Virus record (IMG/VR): IMGVR_UViG_3300027798_000132
Location: 1 to 33,659 of that record
Reading direction: 5' to 3' (one strand)
From: a virus
Taxonomy: Duplodnaviria > Caudoviricetes
Length of the DNA: 33,659 nucleotides
Numbering within the stretch: the stretch's first letter is position 1; each line of letters starts with the position of its first letter. A model generated the notes under the pieces. It did no database searches and had not been told where the DNA came from. It saw nothing but the letters and a program-made list of their open reading frames with translations. The position numbers and the translations under genes were made by a program. This document shows, piece by piece, positions 15,950 through 23,612 of the stretch.

Positions 15950-16390
15950 ATGAAAAAAACTATTGAACAAATTTTGAATGAAACAATTGTAGGAGAAAGC
16001 ATTATTACTACAATAAATAAAACTCAAAAAGTTGGAATAATAAAGTCTGTAAAAGTAAATGCAAGAGATACCAGTAGTTTTGGCTGCCTTAACTTAGAAG
16101 TTGAAGGGGTTTTGATAAAACATTATATCGGTTCTGGTAGGCATACTGAAATAGATTTTAGTAATATTATTATTTCATCTAAATTAGAGTACAATTTAGA
16201 CACAAATATTAATGATATTCCAGATTTATCAGTTAGAGCTTACAACGTTTTAAGGTCAAACAACCTCAATTACATAAAAGATATAATTGAATTTAAAAGA
16301 ACTAACGATAGATTCGAGGGAATGCGTAATGTCGGAAATAAATTTCGTTCTGAAATGGATTTATTGTTAAAAGGCTTAATTAAATCATAA
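15950..16390 (+). CDS. Protein with a C-terminal RNA polymerase alpha-CTD-like domain (cassette 11)
   Basis: INDIPDLSVRAYNVLRSNNLNYIKDII...MRNVGNKFRSEM parallels alpha-CTD LSVRxxNCL...NxGxKS. Confidence 0.75.
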   Translation: MKKTIEQILNETIVGESIITTINKTQKVGIIKSVKVNARDTSSFGCLNLEVEGVLIKHYIGSGRHTEIDFSNIIISSKLEYNLDTNINDIPDLSVRAYNVLRSNNLNYIKDIIEFKRTNDRFEGMRNVGNKFRSEMDLLLKGLIKS

Positions 16391-16429
16391 TGTTATTGCC
16401 TATCAAATTAGCATATTCGGGTTTCCACT

Positions 16430-16554
16430 AACGTCTTAGGGCTTGCCGATGTTGGGGGCTTTGAAATACAAATGTTTAAATTAATTACAAATGTCAAATA
16501 GAATTACAAAAGCTGAATTACTTACTTCTGCCCCAATATTGGCAAACCCCTGTT
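16430..16554. repeat. attC-like hairpin K (125 nt)
   Basis: AAC gtctta gggcttgccgatgttgggg ... ccccaatattggcaaaccc ct GTT. Confidence 0.88.
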
Positions 16555-17318
16555 ATGTGCAGCCTTTTTTGTCGCTCCATAACGAAGATTGTCTTGAAAC
16601 AATGAGTAGAATAGAAACTGGAAGTATTGATTTAATGATTACAGACCCACCTTATGGCATTACTCAAAATGATTGGGATATTGTACCAAACTTTGAGTTG
16701 ATGTGGTTAGAATGGGAAAGAATTGTAAAGCCAAACGGTGCTTTTATATTTACAGCACAACAGCCATTTACATCACAATTAGTTAATTCAAGGCTTGATT
16801 ATTTTAAATATGAGTTGATATGGCTTAAAAATAAAGCGGTCGGGTTTCTTGATGCTGGAAATAAGCCATTAAAAGAACACGAAAACATTGTCGTTTTTTA
16901 TAGAAAATTACCAACGTATAATCCTCAATTTACATTTGACAAGCCCTATGATAGGGGTGTTGTAGATAGAATGAAAACGTCAAAAGGTAATTATGGTAAG
17001 ACAAATATTTCAAAGTCTTCATCACAAGATGGCAAACGATTTCCTAAATCTGTTATACATTTTGGATGTGAACAAAGAACAGACCACCCAACACAAAAGC
17101 CTATTGATTTGTTTAGATACCTTATCAATACTTATTCAAATGAAGGCGACTTGGTTTTTGATGGCTATTCGGGTTCGGGAACAACAGCCCACGCCTGTAT
17201 AAAAGAAGGTCGAAAATTTATTGGGTCAGAATTAAATAAAGAATATTATGAAAAGTCAGTTAAACGATTACACAATGCAATTAGTCAGCCCGAAATGTTT
17301 GTCGGTAGCGGTTCGTAA
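16491..17318 (+). CDS. DNA methyltransferase, N6-adenine/N4-cytosine beta class (cassette 12)
   Basis: ITDPPYG catalytic motif N-terminal; HPTQKP and DGYSGSGTT SAM-binding motif C-terminal; start inside hairpin K. Confidence 0.93.
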   Translation: MSNRITKAELLTSAPILANPCYVQPFLSLHNEDCLETMSRIETGSIDLMITDPPYGITQNDWDIVPNFELMWLEWERIVKPNGAFIFTAQQPFTSQLVNSRLDYFKYELIWLKNKAVGFLDAGNKPLKEHENIVVFYRKLPTYNPQFTFDKPYDRGVVDRMKTSKGNYGKTNISKSSSQDGKRFPKSVIHFGCEQRTDHPTQKPIDLFRYLINTYSNEGDLVFDGYSGSGTTAHACIKEGRKFIGSELNKEYYEKSVKRLHNAISQPEMFVGSGS

Positions 17319-17328
17319 GGTTGCACAT

Positions 17329-17347
17329 AACGAATAGATATACGCAA
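17329..17347. other. Candidate attI-like array terminus 2
   Basis: aacgaatagatatacgcaa, 14/19 identical to 9562-9580. Confidence 0.5.
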
Positions 17348-17366
17348 AACTGCAACACCTAACACA

Positions 17367-17597
17367 TTGAAAATCAATGAAAATACAAGTTACATACACC
17401 GCCAAGTGGCAATTGAAAACGCCACTTGGTACAAATTTACAAACTGCAAAAAGTTGATTAATTGTAGGACTGGTAAGGAGATAATGAAGACGATGAAAGG
17501 CTCTCAGGCTGGTTATTATATCAATAGGGAATTTGTGAAATTGTCTGATTTGAGAAGTATGATTGAGTTAATACCTGCTAACGATTGCCCATTTTAA
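17367..17597 (+). CDS. Hypothetical phage protein
   Basis: 76-aa ORF with a non-ATG start; start uncertain. Confidence 0.55.
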   Translation: MKINENTSYIHRQVAIENATWYKFTNCKKLINCRTGKEIMKTMKGSQAGYYINREFVKLSDLRSMIELIPANDCPF

Positions 17598-17617
17598 AAT
17601 AAAACGATAATCAAAAC

Positions 17618-18244
17618 ATGGAAATAATAAAAGAACAACATCCTGCATACGGTCAAATATCATTTTGTAGAACGTCAGGAAGACAGAAATTCTATGGTTC
17701 TAATATAGAATCAAACCATTATATTACAATGGAAGTTAGACAATCCGAACTACAAAGAACATTAACCGATGAGCATTATTATGATTATGCACCTATTATT
17801 AGAATTAGAATGACAGCACTCCAATATGCCGAAATGATAACGAACATGAATGCAATCGGAATACCCTGTACAATCGAAAGATTAAACGGTAAAAAGATTG
17901 AAGATTTACCCAACTTAGAATCAAGAAAGAAATTTATTCAAGATGGATTTAAGGAAAGGATGAAAGATTTTGCTGATAAGATGGAGACAAAGAAAGAAGA
18001 TTTTGAAAGAATTGCTAAGAAATTGAATAAAAAAGATTCTGCCGAAGTATTAGAAACTTATCGTTTTTTTATGCAGGAAATTAAAAGTAATATTCCTTTT
18101 TTCTCAGAAACATTCCAAGAATTTACAGATAAATTGGTTGTCGAAGCAAAGAATGAAATTGATTCAGCTATCACTCATAAAATTCACCAAACAGGATTAG
18201 AAACGTTATTTAATCAACAAAACTTATTAGAAGGAACTAAGTAA
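17618..18244 (+). CDS. Hypothetical phage protein
   Basis: 208-aa ORF with an A-rich leader. Confidence 0.8.
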   Translation: MEIIKEQHPAYGQISFCRTSGRQKFYGSNIESNHYITMEVRQSELQRTLTDEHYYDYAPIIRIRMTALQYAEMITNMNAIGIPCTIERLNGKKIEDLPNLESRKKFIQDGFKERMKDFADKMETKKEDFERIAKKLNKKDSAEVLETYRFFMQEIKSNIPFFSETFQEFTDKLVVEAKNEIDSAITHKIHQTGLETLFNQQNLLEGTK

Positions 18245-18304
18245 TTAAACCATGGAAAAATTAACAATAAATCATATTTACCTGTATTTGCCGTAGATAT
18301 TATC

Positions 18305-18339
18305 AAAACGCCCATTTCGCAAGATTTGGGCGTTTTTTT
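18305..18339 (+). terminator. Intrinsic terminator ending the early/middle region
   Basis: aaaacgccca / tgggcgtttt stem with T run. Confidence 0.75.
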
Positions 18340-18401
18340 ATTTATAACTATCAAATTTTATATAGATTATCTATAATAATTAAAATGTAATAGATTTTTA
18401 T

Positions 18402-18409
18402 TATATTTG
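18402..18409 (+). promoter_or_regulatory. Bacteroidota -7 box upstream of the packaging genes
   Basis: TATATTTG; followed by a weak hairpin plus T run (about 18434-18467) before terS. Confidence 0.55.
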
Positions 18410-18470
18410 TGTGGAAATAATGTAGGATTTAACGGGATGGGTGAATAATATTGCTTATCCCTTTTTTATT

Positions 18471-18914
18471 ATGGCAAAGTTTGAGGTAGGAAATAGATTT
18501 TGGGAATTAGCCGAAAATGCAGGAAGACCAAAGCTGTATGAAACCGCTGAACAATTGTGGTCTTATGCGTGTGAATATTTTGTTTGGTGTGCTGATAATC
18601 CCTTATATGAAACACAGATACACGGCAAAGATGCTGTTGAGTGTGTAGTGCCAAAAATGCGAGCGATGACAATTAGAGGGTTATGCGTTTTTTTGGGTAT
18701 TGATGAAGATACTTTTTTGAATTATGAAAAGATGCCCGATTTTTTCGGTATCATTTCACGTATTAGAGGAATTATTTGGTGTCAAAAATTTGAAGGAGCA
18801 GGAGCAGGATTGTTGAACGCAAATATTATTAGCAGAGAATTAGGATTAGCAGACAAGACAAGTGTTAATGCTACTATAAAATTAGGCAAAGAATTAGAAG
18901 ACGATTATGAATGA
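18471..18914 (+). CDS. terS: Terminase small subunit (P22 gp3-like)
   Basis: GNRFW..GRPKLYETAEQLW...EYF, QKFEGAGAGLLNANIISRELGLADK; directly upstream of TerL; ATG 18471 preferred. Confidence 0.9.
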   Translation: MAKFEVGNRFWELAENAGRPKLYETAEQLWSYACEYFVWCADNPLYETQIHGKDAVECVVPKMRAMTIRGLCVFLGIDEDTFLNYEKMPDFFGIISRIRGIIWCQKFEGAGAGLLNANIISRELGLADKTSVNATIKLGKELEDDYE

Positions 18915-20346
18915 CCGCAAAGTAAAATTTGATAAGAAATGGTTCAACCCTTTGTACTTCATTATCAAGAAGTTATTGGCGGAGGGCGTTTCTGAATTTT
19001 ACATTTACGGTGGGAAAAGTTCGTCTAAATCTGTATCTGTTTGTCAGTTAATTGCGGTAGAGTGCTTGCTAAAACAACGGAATGCGTTAATATTCCGAAA
19101 GGAGCAAAGCACAATCAAGACCACGATTAAGGAGACAATGAAACTGGCGATTGATAACAGTAGATTGTCAGCAGGTTATACGGTCATGGATTTTTCTATT
19201 AGGTCGATGTACGGCAATAGAATCACATTTAAGGGGCTTGACAACGAAGAGAAAGCCAAAGGGGTAGAAGGCGTTAGTTATATTTTGTGGGACGAACTTA
19301 ACCACTTTAGCTATGCGGAATATTCGCAAATGATTCTTTCTTTTCGTGGGGAAATAGCAAAGGCATTTTTTGGGACATGGAATCCTGTTTCGGAGGATAG
19401 TTGGGTTAAGAAAGAGATTATAGAGAAAGATGAATGGCACGATTGGGAAGGAGATAAACTACCAAGCAAACATAGCTTTATACAGGTTAATAAGCAAGGG
19501 AATAAGGCACTAATCAAAACTATCTACGAAGATAATTTTTGGACGGTGGGCAGTCCGTGCGAAACATACGGATATAAAGACGAAAACCTAATAGCCAAAT
19601 ACGAGCGAAAGAAAGAGTTTGATTACGAAGATTATTTAATTAACGTATTGGGAGAGTGGGGTATAATACGACCAGAAGCCTTGTACATAGACGGATTTAA
19701 CGCAAAAATCAACACGGGAACGCCTGTATTTAATGCGAGAGAAGTTGTTTTAGTTGGGTTAGATTATAACGTGGGTAATAGTGCGGTAGTTGGGCAATTA
19801 TACGAGTATGCACCGAGTAAATGGACTATTAAGATACTCGAAGAATACCACCTAAAAGGCGGTGAAAATGACGACTTGAAGGCATTGTGTGAAAAGATTT
19901 CGTTGAAGTGGGGGAAATATGATATACATTTTACTGGCGATAGTTCTGGTAACAATGCAAGTGCATTAACGGAAGCGAGTGTAGGTGCTAATGTGTTAGT
20001 AGAACGCTATTTAAAAGAGTTTGTGCGTAAGTTTTGGAAACATGACAGGGTTTATTTCAAGAAGTTTAAGAGTAACCCACGCACGGCATTAAGTGGATGG
20101 ATTTGTTCGTTCTTATTTAAGATTTTAGGCAAAGACTTTATGCTGTCAGATGCATGTTCAATCTTAATACGTGATTTGAATAAAGCTGAAAAGCTAACAG
20201 GTGGAACGCTGAATAAGGATAAATGTAACAAAGAGGACTACGGACACGTGATGGATGCTATGCGTTATCTAATCCACGCCTTTGCGTTTGAATTATGGAA
20301 GGAACTAAGTAAAGGTTACGATACGCCTGAGCATTTAAAGGAATAA
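18907..20346 (+). CDS. terL: Terminase large subunit (PBSX-like)
   Basis: Walker A-like YGGKSSSKS, Walker B ILWDE, TWNP coupling motif, GLDYN and HVMDAMRY nuclease motifs. Confidence 0.92.
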   Translation: MNDRKVKFDKKWFNPLYFIIKKLLAEGVSEFYIYGGKSSSKSVSVCQLIAVECLLKQRNALIFRKEQSTIKTTIKETMKLAIDNSRLSAGYTVMDFSIRSMYGNRITFKGLDNEEKAKGVEGVSYILWDELNHFSYAEYSQMILSFRGEIAKAFFGTWNPVSEDSWVKKEIIEKDEWHDWEGDKLPSKHSFIQVNKQGNKALIKTIYEDNFWTVGSPCETYGYKDENLIAKYERKKEFDYEDYLINVLGEWGIIRPEALYIDGFNAKINTGTPVFNAREVVLVGLDYNVGNSAVVGQLYEYAPSKWTIKILEEYHLKGGENDDLKALCEKISLKWGKYDIHFTGDSSGNNASALTEASVGANVLVERYLKEFVRKFWKHDRVYFKKFKSNPRTALSGWICSFLFKILGKDFMLSDACSILIRDLNKAEKLTGGTLNKDKCNKEDYGHVMDAMRYLIHAFAFELWKELSKGYDTPEHLKE

Positions 20347-20406
20347 TTCAACGTTTTTCAATAAAACATACGCTTTTTTGAACACTTACATTAGAATAAT
20401 ACAATT

Positions 20407-20649
20407 ATGGATAATTGGTATTTAGTTATAAGTTTGGTTTTTTCAATTGGTTATGTAGCAAATAGCAATTTACTAAAAAATGTCTTTTTAAGATATAAAG
20501 ATTGGGAAACGTATATAAAACTTATTTTATTTATTAACTACGCAACGATTTTTATTTTTATTTTTTGGATGATATTTCCAGTTTGGGTTGTGCATAGATT
20601 TTATTCTCAAATATCAAAATTTATGCAAACTAAAAATGAGAATAATTAA
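20407..20649 (+). CDS. Small membrane protein
   Basis: 80 aa, two hydrophobic segments, very AT-rich. Confidence 0.55.
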   Translation: MDNWYLVISLVFSIGYVANSNLLKNVFLRYKDWETYIKLILFINYATIFIFIFWMIFPVWVVHRFYSQISKFMQTKNENN

Positions 20650-20663
20650 ATATTTTTATAATT

Positions 20664-21647
20664 ATGGATAGCAATATATTTAATGAATACGTAGGAATTG
20701 AAGGTCATTCTTCGATAACAGCACCCGATAAAGTTAATTCGTTGCCTAACATCACACCCGAAATAGTCAATTTTGTTAAGCTGGAGTATGGCGGAACGGT
20801 AGATACATTGTGGGCAAAGGTAGCAGAAACAGCAACGGAAATAATTAGCAACGAGTTTACGAAGCAAATTTGCAAGAAGGCGAATTATAACCCGCTTTTG
20901 CAGGTAACCGAAATGCCATCCGTTATTTCGGATAAGACAGAACATATTTGCGATAGTTCACATTATGTAGGTGTAGAAATAAACTGTAATAATTCGAGAG
21001 AAGCGAGTTTATTTCTTAATTCTTTTTGTGTTTATTCTAATTTTGTAGGAAATGCTGATATAGAAATCTTCAATATAGAAAATGGTGAATTAGTTAGGAG
21101 TAAAAATCATCACTTTAAGGGTGGAGCGGAGGTGATTCCGATAGGGTTAGGTAAGATTGAAATTACATTTGGGCAAGGGAAATACTTTGTAGGTGTATCG
21201 TTTACGAGTGGAACGAAGTTGAAACCATTGAGCGTAAATGAAGAAGGGGATAGTGTTAAAATTACAGGTGGATTGTTAGGACTGACTGACAGAAAAATAA
21301 GTTCAAATGTGCAAAATGATGCTATCTTATACGCCTACGTGTTACTCGAATTAACCCACGATTTTACAGATGTAATTAAGCGGAATGCCGAACAGTTATC
21401 GTTAGCGTTTAAGTATTATGCAGGTGCAGATATTTTGTTTAGGTTGCAGAGTAGCAAGAAGGCGAACGTGGTTACACTCGTAAACAGGGAGATACTAAAT
21501 GAGCAGATTAAAGACCTAACCGAAAAGGGAGACTACGCATTAAAGAACGTTGCTGATATTGCCTACCGTCAATTAATGAAAATACCTAACGCAATTATTA
21601 CCGACCCAAATACGAAACAAGGAAACTTTTTAAGTTCGTTTGTATGA
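20664..21647 (+). CDS. Putative virion structural protein
   Basis: 327-aa ORF at the start of a coupled late-gene run; call is positional only. Confidence 0.5.
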   Translation: MDSNIFNEYVGIEGHSSITAPDKVNSLPNITPEIVNFVKLEYGGTVDTLWAKVAETATEIISNEFTKQICKKANYNPLLQVTEMPSVISDKTEHICDSSHYVGVEINCNNSREASLFLNSFCVYSNFVGNADIEIFNIENGELVRSKNHHFKGGAEVIPIGLGKIEITFGQGKYFVGVSFTSGTKLKPLSVNEEGDSVKITGGLLGLTDRKISSNVQNDAILYAYVLLELTHDFTDVIKRNAEQLSLAFKYYAGADILFRLQSSKKANVVTLVNREILNEQIKDLTEKGDYALKNVADIAYRQLMKIPNAIITDPNTKQGNFLSSFV

Positions 21648-22117
21648 TAACTAACATAAAAATAGAAGGTGGCGGGGTGAATGACCTAATCAATACCCTG
21701 CTAATAATTCCCGATGTACTGAATAAAGCCTTAACAAAAGCAGGTAACAACATAAGCAAAGACGTTGTTAAACGTGTGCAAAAGAAAGGGCAAGCGACAG
21801 AAGGAACAACGCTAACGACAAAGAGCAGTAAGAAGAAAGGCAGATACTCCGAAAGGTATGCAACCCGAACCCGTGAAGCAAAAGGGTTACAAGTTTCGAG
21901 AGTTGATTTAACGGTAACAGGAGACTTAACAAAAGATTACAAGGTTATCGAAGATTCATCGACAAAAACCGTAGTAGGATTTGCAACGGAACACGAAGCA
22001 GACAAGGGGGAATGGTTAGAAGCATATTATGGTGAACCCATATTTGATGCGAGCCAATCCGAAATAGACAAACAAGTTGAATTGGTTATCAAAACCGTAC
22101 AAGACAAACTAATATGA
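21644..22117 (+). CDS. Putative neck / tail-completion protein
   Basis: 157 aa; YSERYA..R..KG....VDLTVTGDL...VVGF pattern seen in virion morphogenesis proteins. Confidence 0.6.
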   Translation: MITNIKIEGGGVNDLINTLLIIPDVLNKALTKAGNNISKDVVKRVQKKGQATEGTTLTTKSSKKKGRYSERYATRTREAKGLQVSRVDLTVTGDLTKDYKVIEDSSTKTVVGFATEHEADKGEWLEAYYGEPIFDASQSEIDKQVELVIKTVQDKLI

Positions 22118-22650
22118 ACAGAAATATTGAGGATGTAATACAGGAGATTAACGACAAGATAACATTTGAAGTATCTCAGTTGCATATTGCTTTACCCGAA
22201 AACCAACATTTAGCGTGGCAATTGGATTTGTACGGAGAATCTATCATTATACAAGACCAGGATGGAATAAGCCGAATGTTGGACAATGAAACGGGTGGGT
22301 ACATTGTAAGAGATGATACAAAAAGCCTTCAATGTTTCCACGTTGTGCGTGCGGTAACTCCTACCAATACAAACGTATTTGCTTCTGTTAATTCTAACGG
22401 TTATCTGTACGAAGTTGATTTTGTGGCGATAACCAACAAGAAAATTGCAGACAAGATTTGTATTAAGGCTTTTGAACAATGTGGGTTTTTGAAGATGCAA
22501 AATATTACGATGAACCAAACAACCGACCTTTTAGCGTACTACATTGGTAACATTAAGGAATGGGGGCAAAGTCCGAACGATAGGGCGTTTAGAATCCAAT
22601 ACCGTGCAATTGTTCAAAGTATCAAAATAGACTATTCAATCATTGATTAA
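22114..22650 (+). CDS. Putative tail terminator-like structural protein
   Basis: 178 aa; size and position after the neck gene. Confidence 0.45.
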   Translation: MNRNIEDVIQEINDKITFEVSQLHIALPENQHLAWQLDLYGESIIIQDQDGISRMLDNETGGYIVRDDTKSLQCFHVVRAVTPTNTNVFASVNSNGYLYEVDFVAITNKKIADKICIKAFEQCGFLKMQNITMNQTTDLLAYYIGNIKEWGQSPNDRAFRIQYRAIVQSIKIDYSIID

Positions 22651-22663
22651 TCAAAACTAAATT

Positions 22664-23470
22664 ATGAACCTTACAAAATTTGTGCCTAACTTCTTGAAAA
22701 AAGAAAAGGTTATTGAGGAATTACCACAAGTGGAAATGCACCAAAAATTTAGAGAATATTTTGAAAACGGGTGGATTAGATTGGTATTGAACGAAGATGA
22801 TACAGGAGTAACATTAAACGGGAAACAACTGTATGAGATTGTAGAATTTGATTCAACGATACCGCAAGCAAAGGTGATGATGTACGATTTACTTATGCAA
22901 CAAGCCACGTGTTTTGGTATGAGTAGAACGAGTTATGTGTTCAATCAGAATATTCAAGACGGTTTAGTGTCTCGTATGAGTGATGCAGTAGCAGTTGGAG
23001 ATATTGAGCTATTTAAGGAGCTAAACAGTCAATACCAATTCAACGCATTGGCACGTAAGCAAGTAGAGACGATAGGGCTTGATGATGAATTGATTTTACA
23101 AGTGGCGATGCTTTGGTTTATTACTGCCGATGAAGACCCGACAAGATTCGATGAACTACATTGGAAAAAGAAAGTAACACAGGCAAGAAAAGAAGACTTG
23201 TCGCTTTTTTTTTACACCAAGGGTTTAATTGTTTTGTCGAGAGGTTTACAGATTTTTGCCGAGGATTTGGAGAAGTTTACACAGGAAACAATGGACTTAA
23301 ACCTAAAGAATCTGGAAATGATGCAGTTGAGTATGCAAGCATATTTGAGTGGGTGGGAGGATTCATTAAGCGACGAGCAGTATCTATTGTACAAAGAGCG
23401 GGCGGAAGCATTGAGCTGGCGAATAGGATGGTTGAAGGCTCATCGTATGAGTTTCATATATGGCTCATAG
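22664..23470 (+). CDS. Putative tail assembly chaperone (gpG-like)
   Basis: Immediately upstream of the tape measure gene; has a T9 slippery run at 23205-23213. Confidence 0.6.
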   Translation: MNLTKFVPNFLKKEKVIEELPQVEMHQKFREYFENGWIRLVLNEDDTGVTLNGKQLYEIVEFDSTIPQAKVMMYDLLMQQATCFGMSRTSYVFNQNIQDGLVSRMSDAVAVGDIELFKELNSQYQFNALARKQVETIGLDDELILQVAMLWFITADEDPTRFDELHWKKKVTQARKEDLSLFFYTKGLIVLSRGLQIFAEDLEKFTQETMDLNLKNLEMMQLSMQAYLSGWEDSLSDEQYLLYKERAEALSWRIGWLKAHRMSFIYGS

Positions 23471-23511
23471 TCACACAACCAAAAGAAGAAGAAACGCCCG
23501 AAACGGCATAA
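23205..23511 (+). CDS. Putative -1 frameshift extension (gpGT-like)
   Basis: -1 frame (track ORF 23161-23511) is open across the T9 run and ends 41 nt past the 0-frame stop. Confidence 0.55.
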
Positions 23512-23612
23512 AAAAAGAGAAACATTACGAGTGTTTCCCTTTTCAATCTCTTGCTATATATAAGTTTTTTGCCTTATAAAATTACGGAATAATCTGTAAA
23601 AAAACAAAGGCA

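Larger units (their letters stand above)
13940..17347. mobile_element. Integron-like cassette array 2: units 14061-14857, about 14900-15681 (left end lost), 15854-16432, 16552-17331
   Basis: Same hairpin and unit-specific end-repeat grammar as array 1; begins at the dnaB stop codon. Confidence 0.85.

Noticed and set aside
2198-16554. Hairpins as simple intrinsic terminators or REP/MITE insertions
   Set aside because: Loops are 60-140 nt, there are no consistent U tracts or target-site duplications, and these models do not explain cargo-specific matched ends.
1559-17331. Shufflon-like invertible segments
   Set aside because: End repeats differ between units and the position-11 asymmetry has the same polarity in all 11 intact units, so no inversion is evident.
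1525-17347. CRISPR array interpretation of the recurring repeats
   Set aside because: Repeats are 117-187 nt and divergent, the intervening segments are 0.4-1.6 kb and contain genes, and no cas genes are seen.
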